Origin: a virus
Lineage: Duplodnaviria; Heunggongvirae; Uroviricota; Caudoviricetes
Length of the DNA stretch: 64,000 nt
IMG/VR virus record: IMGVR_UViG_3300001282_000006
Direction: 5' to 3' (one strand)
Shown here: positions 30,518 through 40,400 of the stretch, in pieces
How the letters are laid out: every line of letters begins with the position of its first letter
Numbering within the stretch: position 1 is the stretch's first letter
Position numbers and translations under genes: made by a program
The notes under the pieces: model-generated
Seen by the model: the letters and a program-made list of their open reading frames with translations, nothing else
Told to the model about the DNA's origin: nothing
Database searches by the model: none

Positions 30518-31006
30518 ATGAATAACGACAAGTTCGCAATTCTTCGCGAAAAACAAGAAGAAATTAAAAAATTGAAAGAAGAAATGTTAGAAGCTTCTAA
30601 CAAAATCTTTACAGATTTGACAAAAACAATTTTTGAAGACCATCCTAAGTTAGAGTCTTTTGGTTGGAGTCAGTACACACCTTACTTCAATGATGGTGAG
30701 ACTTGTACTTTTTCAGCTAATACCGATTACATCTACATCAACGGTCATCCAGCTGATGAAGCAGATTGGATTAACGAGACTAAGATTACAAATTATGGTA
30801 CTTGGAATCGTGAGAAAAGACAGTATGAAGGTCGTACTGAAGTAGCAAATTTAGATTATGATCCAGAATTAGCAAAAATAACTGATGAAGTTAAAGATTT
30901 TTTAAGTAACTTTGACGAGGATTTCTTCCTATCTCAATTTGGAGACCATGCTGAAATCACAATAACAGCTGAAGGTGTGAGTGTTGACGAATGCGAACAC
31001 GATTAA
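30518..31006 (+). CDS. Hypothetical protein.
   Basis: 162-aa ORF. Confidence 0.55.
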   Translation: MNNDKFAILREKQEEIKKLKEEMLEASNKIFTDLTKTIFEDHPKLESFGWSQYTPYFNDGETCTFSANTDYIYINGHPADEADWINETKITNYGTWNREKRQYEGRTEVANLDYDPELAKITDEVKDFLSNFDEDFFLSQFGDHAEITITAEGVSVDECEHD

Positions 31007-31049
31007 TAAGTAATTAAACAATTAATATAAACAAAAACAAAAAAAACAA

Positions 31050-32978
31050 ATGAGTAACATTTTAAATTTTATGTCAAACTATTGGTGGATTGGAGCAATT
31101 GTACTTTGCTTAGTAATGTACAAGTTCATCCTTCGAGTATTTTTCGGACTAGTTATTGTTCCTGAGGACAAGATTGGTTTAGTAACAAAAAAGTTCGTTC
31201 TTTTTGGAGAACACAAAGAACTTACAGGTGACCGTATTATTGCGGTAAATGGTGAAGCAGGTTATCAAGCAGAAATGCTTTCTCCGGGTCTTCATTGGTG
31301 GATGTGGCCTTGGCAGTATAACATCGATATGCATGGATTCGTTGTTATCCCAGAAGGTCATATTGGGTTAGTATCCTCTAAAGACGGTACTGTTCCACAA
31401 ACAGGTCGTATCTTAGGACGTAGAGTAGAATGTGAGAACTTCCAAGATGCTGTTACATTCTTATCGAATGGTGGTCAGAAAGGTCGTCAGTCTGCTTTTA
31501 TTCCAAATGGTGTTTATAAAATCAATACTTACTTATTTGAAGTATCTATTGTTAAACAAGCTACTATTCAAGAGAATATGGTGGGTGTTGTAACTACATT
31601 AGATGGTGAGCCATTAGAGAATGGTCAGATTGCGGGTAAAAATGTTGAAGGACATAATAACTTCCAAGATTTTGATAAATTTCTTGAGTTAGGTGGTAAT
31701 CGTGGTTTACAACAACAAACTATCTTAGCTGGTACTTACAACTTAAACCCTTGGGCTGTTCAAGTAGAAGAAGTACAAATGACTGAGATTCCAATTGGAC
31801 ACGTTGGTGTTGTTATCTCTTTCGTTGGAGAAGATGGTGTTGACGTAACTGGTGTTAACTTCAAACACGGTAACTTAGTTGGTAAAGGACAAAAAGGTGT
31901 TTGGGCTGAGCCATTCGGACCTGGTAAATATCCTATCAATAAGTACACTAATAAGATTGAGTTAGTGCCTACAACAAACTTAGTTCTTAACTGGGCCAAC
32001 GCTCGTACTGAGTCTCACAACTTAGATAAAGGACTTAACACAATTACTGTTCGTTCTAAAGATGGTTTCCCATTCAACTTAGATGTATCACAGATTATCC
32101 ACATTCCAATGACAGAAGCACCTAAAGTGATTGCTCGATTTGGTAACATGAATAACTTGGTATCTCAAGTTTTAGAGCCAACAATTGGTAACTACTTCCG
32201 TAACTCGGCTCAAGATTCTGATGTGATTGCTTTCTTAACTACTCGTAAAGAACGTCAAGATTCTGCGAAACAACACATTTCTAAAGTATTAGATGAATAT
32301 AATGTTCACGCTGTTGATACTTTGATTGGTGATATCGTTCCACCACAAGAGTTGATGAAAACGTTAACTGACCGTAAGATTGCTCAAGAGCAAGAAGTAA
32401 CTTTTGAAACTCAAAAGAAAGCCGCTATCTCTCGTCAAACTTATGAAAAAGAAACTGCGATTGCGGACATGCAAGGTGAAGTAGTAAAAGCCGACCAAGG
32501 TGTACAAATTGCTGAACGTCACGCTGATGCTTCTGTTAAGAAAGCTAAAGGTGATGCTGAATCTGTTAAAATTGCGGCTGAGGCAAGTGCTGAATCAACA
32601 AAGTTGAAAGCAGAAGCAGATGCTACAAGAACATCATTGATTGGTAATGCTGAGGCTGAGGCTATCCTTTCTAAGGGTAAATCTACAGCAGAAGCATACA
32701 AGCTAGCCGTTGAGGCGATGGGTAAAGAAAACTTTACAACATTTAAGGTTACCGAAGAGATTGGTAAAAACGGTGTGAAAATCATGCCAGACTTGTTAAT
32801 CAACGGAGGTGGACAAAGCGGGAACGGAGCAATAGACGGATTATTGGGAGTTCAAATCTTAAACATGATGGGTAACCAAATTGGTAAGAGTATGAACGAC
32901 ACGACAGTGAAATCAGAAGTACCTACTACTGATGTGCCTGTTGAAGATCTTTCTGTCCAAAGGAAAGGTAAGAAGTAA
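31050..32978 (+). CDS. Flotillin-like SPFH/band-7 domain protein (YqiK-like).
   Basis: N-terminal TM (WWIGAIVLCLVMY) and an SPFH core. C-terminal Ala/Glu/Lys-rich coiled coil AEASAESTKLKAEADATRTSLIGNAEAEAIL typical of bacterial flotillins. Confidence 0.75.
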   Translation: MSNILNFMSNYWWIGAIVLCLVMYKFILRVFFGLVIVPEDKIGLVTKKFVLFGEHKELTGDRIIAVNGEAGYQAEMLSPGLHWWMWPWQYNIDMHGFVVIPEGHIGLVSSKDGTVPQTGRILGRRVECENFQDAVTFLSNGGQKGRQSAFIPNGVYKINTYLFEVSIVKQATIQENMVGVVTTLDGEPLENGQIAGKNVEGHNNFQDFDKFLELGGNRGLQQQTILAGTYNLNPWAVQVEEVQMTEIPIGHVGVVISFVGEDGVDVTGVNFKHGNLVGKGQKGVWAEPFGPGKYPINKYTNKIELVPTTNLVLNWANARTESHNLDKGLNTITVRSKDGFPFNLDVSQIIHIPMTEAPKVIARFGNMNNLVSQVLEPTIGNYFRNSAQDSDVIAFLTTRKERQDSAKQHISKVLDEYNVHAVDTLIGDIVPPQELMKTLTDRKIAQEQEVTFETQKKAAISRQTYEKETAIADMQGEVVKADQGVQIAERHADASVKKAKGDAESVKIAAEASAESTKLKAEADATRTSLIGNAEAEAILSKGKSTAEAYKLAVEAMGKENFTTFKVTEEIGKNGVKIMPDLLINGGGQSGNGAIDGLLGVQILNMMGNQIGKSMNDTTVKSEVPTTDVPVEDLSVQRKGKK

Positions 32979-32991
32979 TCACTTCTATAAT

Positions 32992-33028
32992 AAAAAAACC
33001 CTTTGATTAATTTCAAAGGGTTTTTTTA
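32992..33028 (+). terminator. Rho-independent terminator.
   Basis: aaaaaaaccctttga-ttaatt-tcaaagggttttttt. Confidence 0.75.
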
Positions 33029-33041
33029 TTTTAAAATATTT

Positions 33042-33296
33042 ATGTATATTTGTATTATGTTGAGATACAAAAAGGGAGATATTGTAATTTGTGTAACTAA
33101 TAAGATGTATGGTATGAAATACCTATTAGAAGTTGGTGAACAATATCAAATTGATGATTGTATTGAAATGTCTGAAAAGAATTTAGTAAGTGTAAGTAAA
33201 GCTACAACTGGAGAACACGTTAGTATATTTGATGATAAACACTTCATGCCATTAGATGTTTGGCGTGAATTTCAACTAAGAAAGATATTAGAATAA
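33042..33296 (+). CDS. Hypothetical small protein.
   Basis: ATG at 33042 or 33057. The track ORF starts at a TTG inside the terminator. Confidence 0.4.
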   Translation: MYICIMLRYKKGDIVICVTNKMYGMKYLLEVGEQYQIDDCIEMSEKNLVSVSKATTGEHVSIFDDKHFMPLDVWREFQLRKILE

Positions 33297-33832
33297 TGTT
33301 AAAAGGCAAAGACATATTTACATTTGTAAGATTTGGTGGTTTAAATTTGAAAAATCAAAAAGGATTTTCAAAGACACCAGAGACTTATCATCAACCACCA
33401 GCTAGTCGTGGTTTTTATGCTATGCCTAAAATTGCTCAAGAACTTTTCTTAATTGGTTCTTTAGACTCTTATCAACCAAGTTCAGTTCCTAAAAAAAACT
33501 ATGAAAAACGTAAAGATTGGACAGAAGAACAATGGAACGCTTTTAATAAAAAATATGATAAAGCCGTTTCATTAATGCGTAAAGAGTTTAGAAAAGATAC
33601 TGGAGAAATCTGGCATCACTTAGATGAATATACTGACCATAAAGACGTTTTACAAAGAAATGGATCTTGGATTAAAACCGATATTAAAGTTTGGTCTAAA
33701 GCTTTTTCTAAAATGTCTACTATTATGAAATGGGGTAGAAGTAAAGATTTAGGTGGTGAAATTTACCCAAGAGGAATTACTGGTATTTATTCTAAAGACC
33801 ACTGTGAAGTATTTTTTGATGAAAAAGTTTAA
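33296..33832 (+). CDS. Hypothetical protein.
   Basis: 178-aa ORF. Confidence 0.55.
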   Translation: MLKGKDIFTFVRFGGLNLKNQKGFSKTPETYHQPPASRGFYAMPKIAQELFLIGSLDSYQPSSVPKKNYEKRKDWTEEQWNAFNKKYDKAVSLMRKEFRKDTGEIWHHLDEYTDHKDVLQRNGSWIKTDIKVWSKAFSKMSTIMKWGRSKDLGGEIYPRGITGIYSKDHCEVFFDEKV

Positions 33833-33834
33833 TT

Positions 33835-34578
33835 ATGTTGTATAATAAGATATATGATTTTTGTAAAGTAAGAAACTTTGGTAGTGTTTACTCAAATGGA
33901 GATAAACCTACACCAAGGGTACAATTTCTTATTGATCTTTTAAAATCTGAGAATATTGACTATGAGTTAGATACTTATCAGTCAAGAGGAACTACTTGTT
34001 ATAATCTTATCTTAAAAGGCGACTCTGATAGAATGGTGGTTGCTCACCACGATGTTAGTAATCCTAACATTGATAATGCTAACGACAACTCAGCATCTGT
34101 TATTAATGCTATATCAATTAAGAAGTTAATGCCTCATATAAACGTTGTTCTTTTAGATGGTGAAGAATGTGGTGGTTTAGGCTCTCAAAGAGCGTCAGAA
34201 CAGATTAATGAAGGTTATTTTGGCACTATTGACTGGGTTCTTAACTTAGAATTAACTGGTAAAGGTGGTAAGTATTTCTTTATTGGTAATTACCCTGGTA
34301 AACTATCTAACCATATTAAATCAATCTTTGATTGTCCTATTACAAATACCCCTTATAATGATTCTGTTACTTTTAGAAAGAATGGAATTGACTCTTGTGT
34401 TATTAATCCTATTCCACCTTTGAATGAAGGTAAATCTCAAGTTAAATGGGATGATAATACTTATTTAGACTTCTCGATGTTATACAACTGTCACTCTTCT
34501 AAAGACACTATTGATACAATTAGTGTTGATGATATGAGAGAGTTTACAGAAGATGTTGTTCTAAAAATACTGGCTTAA
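33835..34578 (+). CDS. M28-family zinc peptidase-like protein.
   Basis: VVAHHDV...DNSASV...LLDGEECGGLG resemble the M28 metal-ligand blocks (H.D / D / EE). Confidence 0.45.
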   Translation: MLYNKIYDFCKVRNFGSVYSNGDKPTPRVQFLIDLLKSENIDYELDTYQSRGTTCYNLILKGDSDRMVVAHHDVSNPNIDNANDNSASVINAISIKKLMPHINVVLLDGEECGGLGSQRASEQINEGYFGTIDWVLNLELTGKGGKYFFIGNYPGKLSNHIKSIFDCPITNTPYNDSVTFRKNGIDSCVINPIPPLNEGKSQVKWDDNTYLDFSMLYNCHSSKDTIDTISVDDMREFTEDVVLKILA

Positions 34579-34584
34579 AAAATT

Positions 34585-34598
34585 AATATATATACCAA
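34585..34598 (+). promoter_or_regulatory. TTAATATATATAC motif upstream of 34619.
   Basis: ttaatatatatacc. Confidence 0.3.
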
Positions 34599-34618
34599 TA
34601 CAAAAATTGGATATATTA

Positions 34619-35089
34619 ATGAAAAATCTAAAAACATTTGAAGCTTTTAACAATCCTTATATTGATAGAAGAGTTGTTGCTAGTAGACCTCCTAAAGAGA
34701 TTGCTTACTTAAAAGAACCTGTTGAAATCAGAATTGATGTTGAGAAAGTGAATCACGCTGGTGATAGACAATTTAGACATGGTGCTTTAGAAAATCAAAT
34801 TAAAGACGAAGATATTATTGATACAATTGAATTAGCAATTGAAGAATTGACTATTGCTCTCATGCAAGATAAATTTAATATCTATCAATTAGAAGATAAT
34901 TATCCAACTAAAGGTGTCAAAGAAGGTGAGCCTAATAGATTTGTAATTAAGAATAAAACAAATAACTTAAATGTTGTTTGTCAATTAGTACCAGGTGATA
35001 ATGAATTTAGATTAACTGTTATTACGGTGATGGTTAAACCAGATTTTAGAGCTTACTCTGGTCAATATGTAATTGAAGTAAAATCATAA
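34619..35089 (+). CDS. Hypothetical protein with a CTS-like leader (MKNLKTFEAF).
   Basis: ATG at 34619. The track start 34607 is a TTG. Confidence 0.6.
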   Translation: MKNLKTFEAFNNPYIDRRVVASRPPKEIAYLKEPVEIRIDVEKVNHAGDRQFRHGALENQIKDEDIIDTIELAIEELTIALMQDKFNIYQLEDNYPTKGVKEGEPNRFVIKNKTNNLNVVCQLVPGDNEFRLTVITVMVKPDFRAYSGQYVIEVKS

Positions 35090-35100
35090 ATTTATATAAA

Positions 35101-35140
35101 CAAAAAAAGCCTCAGATAAATCTGAGGCTTTTCTTTTTCT
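35101..35140. terminator. Bidirectional rho-independent terminator.
   Basis: aaaaaaagcctcaga-taaa-tctgaggcttttctttt. Confidence 0.75.
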
Positions 35141-35153
35141 GGTAGAATCAATC

Positions 35154-36251
35154 TTAACCTAAGGTCAAGAAGATTTTACGAGACATTCTATCCACTGAAA
35201 GAACTTTCACTTTGATATCTTGTCCTTGTGAGAACTTTTTACCAAGTTTCTCCATTTCTGAAGTGTGGATAAGACCCACTGTCTCATCATCAAGGTTTAC
35301 TAAAGTACCAAATGCTTTGGTGTCTTTAACAGTTCCTTCGATAACTTGACCGTTTTTAATGTTGTCCCAAAGAGTTTCACGAAGAATTTGAGTTAAGATA
35401 ATTTTATCTTTAATCACTTCTTTGATGTAAAAATCAATTTGAAATCCTGGTGTGATAGAAGTTAACTTCTCTGCCCATTCAGGATTAACGTTTGCTTTGT
35501 GGATCATTCCAGTTAAGCATTCGTTGAACTCCACGAACACACCAAATGGTGTAGTTCCTGTAACGTGACCGCTATAGATTTTGTTGTATTCCAATTCTTT
35601 AACAGCCTCAGGTATAAGAGTTTGAAGATACTTACGTCTTGAAACGATATAAGTTCCTTCGTTTTGAGCATAAGACTCAATCATAACGCTGAATGTTTTT
35701 CCAACGATTGCGTTAGGATCGTGTAATTTGTTGATTCCGGCTAAAGTGTTTGGCATAAATCCTGGAAGTGTAACACCACCGTGATTTAATTCAACATCAT
35801 AACCAGCTGGGTTAAGACTCTTAACTGTAACCATTACTGATTCGCCTTCAACAAGGGCTTTAAGCTTAGCGTGAGCTCTAGATTCATAAAGAGAAGCAAC
35901 ACTTCCTTTAATCATAAAAGCATCTTGATTTACTTCAGTGATTAATACGTCAATCATATCATTCAAGTTTAGGTTCTTGAAGTATTTAGACTCACCAACT
36001 TTATCATCAACTCTCACATCGTCTTTATAGCCAACCACACTAAACACAAATTGACCTGCTGACATGCCAACGTATTTAGCTGAAACAACTTGACCTTCTT
36101 CTGGGATAGCAATCTGGTCAAGATTGTAAAGTTTAAGCATTTCTTGGTATTCTTTCGTATTTTTGTTACGAGTACCTTTTGAGTTAAATTGAGTGTTTTC
36201 AAACACATCCATTAAATCCTCATTTCCGATTGTTTTGTTATTCATATTCAT
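35154..36251 (-). CDS. S1 RNA-binding-domain protein (ribosomal protein bS1-like, multiple S1 repeats).
   Basis: Several S1-like blocks, for example GQVVSAKYVGMSAGQFVFSV... and GQVIEGTVKDTKAFGTLVNLDDETVGLIHTSEM...GQDIKVKVLSVDRMSRKIFLTLG. Confidence 0.65.
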   Translation of the reverse strand: MNMNNKTIGNEDLMDVFENTQFNSKGTRNKNTKEYQEMLKLYNLDQIAIPEEGQVVSAKYVGMSAGQFVFSVVGYKDDVRVDDKVGESKYFKNLNLNDMIDVLITEVNQDAFMIKGSVASLYESRAHAKLKALVEGESVMVTVKSLNPAGYDVELNHGGVTLPGFMPNTLAGINKLHDPNAIVGKTFSVMIESYAQNEGTYIVSRRKYLQTLIPEAVKELEYNKIYSGHVTGTTPFGVFVEFNECLTGMIHKANVNPEWAEKLTSITPGFQIDFYIKEVIKDKIILTQILRETLWDNIKNGQVIEGTVKDTKAFGTLVNLDDETVGLIHTSEMEKLGKKFSQGQDIKVKVLSVDRMSRKIFLTLG

Positions 36252-36308
36252 ATTTTTTATAGAGTTACAATTTATTATATTCAGTTCGCTATCTTTAGTT
36301 TAGAAAAA

Positions 36309-36719
36309 TTAAAAAATTCTTTCAATGTTATTTCTCATCATATAGTCACGAACTCTTGCTGCTTCTTCATACTTTTCTTTTTTGATTAAGTCATCAAGTT
36401 TTTTATTTAAATCTTTAGTGATTTCTTCTATGCTCTTTTCTTTAGAAAGTTGTTTGATATCATCAATAAAAGAGTTGTAAAAGTTTTCCATTTGTGAAAT
36501 GTCCACAAAATACACAGGTACTGGAACAGGTAAAAGTTTTTGCTCAGAAGATTTTTCATCTTCATTCATTTCTTTTAGTTTATCACTGTTTTTTATTTTT
36601 TTAATAAAATCTTCAGTTAAAGCAGAATTCTCAACCAAATATTTGGCTAAGTGATAAGGTCTGTTTTTAAACATTTTTAGCATTATTACTAAACTGCGAT
36701 ATAGTTCCTCATTTTCCAT
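36309..36719 (-). CDS. Hypothetical protein.
   Basis: 136-aa ORF. Confidence 0.55.
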   Translation of the reverse strand: MENEELYRSLVIMLKMFKNRPYHLAKYLVENSALTEDFIKKIKNSDKLKEMNEDEKSSEQKLLPVPVPVYFVDISQMENFYNSFIDDIKQLSKEKSIEEITKDLNKKLDDLIKKEKYEEAARVRDYMMRNNIERIF

Positions 36720-36752
36720 AGTAGTAATTTTATGAAATAAAGAGTAACTTGT

Positions 36753-37442
36753 TTAGATTTTTTCAAATAAAATATTGAAACTATAGTCAAAATTATACTG
36801 AGAAGATGGTTTTTCCTGTGTAAATAAAACTTTTAATGTTGATTCATCAAATGCGACATCCATTTGTTTCTTTTTAAGTAAATTAGAATCTAAAGATATA
36901 GTAGATTTCCAAGTGTTTTTATATCTTAAAACATTTTGACTTCTTAAATCTGTATAAGAAACATAAAGATCCAATCTACTAAGTTTATATCTATTTGTGA
37001 CATTATTAGATATATATTCTCTAATAGCAGTATTAACGTCATTAGTTCTAGTTAATGGGTTACTTATACCTTCAAATGTTCTATATCTTTTCATAACGGC
37101 AAATAAATAATCTGATAGGATATTTCCTAAATCTATATTTAAAATCCATTTAGTATTACTTTCTTTTTGATAATCTAATTGAGCATCATCTAAAGTTAGT
37201 TTTTGATGTGATTTCATATTATCAGAAGCAGAATAAACTTGTGTGAGTAGTGATGATTCAATTGCTAAATCTATTTGCTCACCAGTTGATTTTTGATAGT
37301 AAATTATATTTTGATTAGAAACGTAAATACTATCTTCAACTTCTAACATTTTAGCAGCAAAGAAATTACTTTCTTCGACCATATTGAAAGTTCCATATAT
37401 TTGTGTATTACTATATTCAGGTGACATATAACTTCTTCTCAT
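36753..37442 (-). CDS. Hypothetical (possibly virion) protein.
   Basis: 229-aa ORF in the structural gene block. Confidence 0.55.
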   Translation of the reverse strand: MRRSYMSPEYSNTQIYGTFNMVEESNFFAAKMLEVEDSIYVSNQNIIYYQKSTGEQIDLAIESSLLTQVYSASDNMKSHQKLTLDDAQLDYQKESNTKWILNIDLGNILSDYLFAVMKRYRTFEGISNPLTRTNDVNTAIREYISNNVTNRYKLSRLDLYVSYTDLRSQNVLRYKNTWKSTISLDSNLLKKKQMDVAFDESTLKVLFTQEKPSSQYNFDYSFNILFEKI

Positions 37443-37443
37443 C

Positions 37444-40400
37444 TTATAAGTTTATATTTTTAATTGAGGTTTGAATACCTATCAATCCAGTGTTTTTAAT
37501 CATTGTTGCCTTTGCTTTTGTATTTGATATAATAATTGGATTATTTGATGTGATATAATGATAATTACTATCCCAAGAAGATTTAAATATAAATGTATCA
37601 ACAGTTGTATATCCAAATTCATCAATCATTGGATAAATAGATTTTTGGTCTTTTATATTGTTTAGTTTAAGAACAGATCCTTTATTATTTATCTTTCTAA
37701 TTTTTCTTTCTTTAACTAAACCAAAGTCTGATAGTGTTGTATCAAACTTATAGTTACCTGTAGATGCCGTAAATAAGTTTTTATCGAATAATTGTATATC
37801 ATAAAATAATGGCATATAAAATCCACTAAATCTATAAATAACTTCCTCGGTTATACTTTTACCACCGTGAAAATTAGATGTTGGTTTAGGTGTATTTCTA
37901 TTAGGGTTTATTTCAGCCGCAACAGCAACACCATTATAGTAATTTAAATTCGCCAAGTTAGGAGCAATTGATTTAAGAACCATAGTTGGTTTAAGTTGTT
38001 TAGGCAATTCTATTGCTTTATGTAACAATGAGTCATGTTTCATTACAACTTCATCTGGTGTTTCACAAGTTATATAGTATGGTAATCCTTCTATACTATT
38101 ATAGTTATATCTTTTAATACTACCATCTTCTTCTATTATTATGTAATTTACATAATCTGTAAATCCATATTTATTTGATAAATCATTAAGACATTGAATA
38201 AAGTTATATGCTGTTAATTTTGTATTTAAATCATTATATAATGTATCTCTATCCGCCTCAGATAAATTAGGTATTGTATTATCAGCAATATCAATATTAA
38301 TTAATATATTTTTCCATTTTTTATTAATATAAATATTAATACCATTTTGTAATGTTAAATTAGAAGAATTACTATTAATCATATAATAAGAATTATTCAT
38401 TTCAATTATAGGATTTGTAGTTGAGTTATAAACTAATGTAGTATCTGGTACTAAACTATATTCTCTAGTCCAGTCATTTGATATACCTGGTTCATTTCCT
38501 GTTTGAGAATAACCGGTTGAATAAACAATATCATTATGTACAACATATGTAGTTGTATTATATGGTGTGCTTGGATTCCAAACACCTACTGTTTTCCATT
38601 TAGGATCAGAAGATTGAGTTGCTGTCCAATAATATCTTCCAACATTTTCAAAAACGCTTACTCCATCTAATAAACTTCTATATGAATTATATTTTTTAGA
38701 AATGGCATAAGGTGCTACATAATCAGGTCTATAATGATTTGAAGATGTCATTGACATATAATATTGACCTTTGAATAAAACAACATCACTTTGTGTATAA
38801 CCTGTTGTATCAGATTTTGTTGAATCCCAAAAGTCCTCAGTAGCAGTTGGATTATAACAATAATAATAGTCAGTATGATTATACACTATATTATAACTAT
38901 TACCGGCACCATTTCCTGGGTATGTTCCAGTTGGTCTCCAGAATATAGATTTTGCTGAAGGTACTGTGTATAAAGACCAACCCAATTGATTATAAGGAGC
39001 AGACATAGCTTTTTTAGCCATCGCATACTCTCTTACAGGACTTGTTGTAACATTATCACCTAAGGTTGATATGTATAAAATGTCATCTTTTAAAACTATA
39101 TCACCTAAATTATATGTTTTATCCATTTTCCAATCATCAAAAATAGTCCAATTCATTAAATTTTGAGATTGTGTCAATGTACCAACATTATTACCAGTTG
39201 GTGAATCGATAACAGCCCAATCATTGTCTGATAATAAAATTGAAAATTTATAATCATCAAAAGTATTTGACGTTTTTAAATTTAATATGTCAATTCTACC
39301 AGTTTCATCTTTTTTAATATCTTCGACATCATAGATTAAAAATTTTAATCCTTTGAATAAAGTTATATTAGGAATAGATTTATTACCGGTATTAAATAAG
39401 GAATACTTTTTAACATTTTTACTTATCTTATAATTATCAAATTTAGCAACTCTTTCAAAAAAGTAAGAGAAATAATCAAAATTATAAATAGTTGAAGATG
39501 TTGAAGTTGAATAAGTGCCTAAGTTTAGATATTTATTCAATTCAAATCTAAATGAGCTATCTATTCCTAAAGAGCTTTGTTTTTCAACATGTAAAGTATG
39601 ATGTATATAAGAGGCAGTAGATGAATTTATTGTATAAAAATAATCTAAATTTCTTTCAATTCTTTTTGGGTTTGGATCAAAAGGATTTGTACTTCTATTA
39701 TAATCTTCAAATAATAAAGAGTTATTTAATAAATAAGGAACATCATTAGCTGATAAAGAATTTTGAAATGCCCATCTTGTATAAACAGCATTTTTTCTCC
39801 ATATTTCAGAAAGATCATTCCTATCTACTTTAAATGTCTCATAATTAGCTGTATATTCTGAAGAAACCGGAATATTTATTACTTCTTCATTGTAATTAAA
39901 GTCATCATAGCTTTTAGGAATCGTTGTACTTGATAAATTAATAAAATACATTTTAGTCTCATCTGTATCAGTTAATGTAAATTTATTCTCATACTCATAT
40001 TTAGAATATTCTGTATCAATAATTTTATCATCAAAATCTTTAATATCCGTAAATTTAAGTTTGTAAATTGTAAACTTTTTAGGTGGATTATCCTTATCAA
40101 CAACAAAACTTACTTTTTTAGTGTAAGTTGGGTCACTTTTATTAATCAAGTATGTATAATCATTTTCACCTATTGAAAATGAGTAATCACTGTTAATTCT
40201 AATTCTTGTAGTTTTAGTTTTAAGACCATTTACAGCTTCTGGACCAGTTTCTCTAACTAAATTATGAAACATACCATCAATTTCTATTAACCAAATATCA
40301 GCTGAGTCCCAATCACTTATTGAGTAGTTAGTATTATCGTAGTTTAATAATCTATTTGGATATGTAGTATCATCTCCAATAAGACCTGTATTTTTATTTA

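Noticed and set aside
33003-33041. The track start of ORF 33003 at a TTG.
   Set aside because: That TTG lies inside the stem of the rho-independent terminator at 32992-33028. The first in-frame ATG is at 33042 or 33057.
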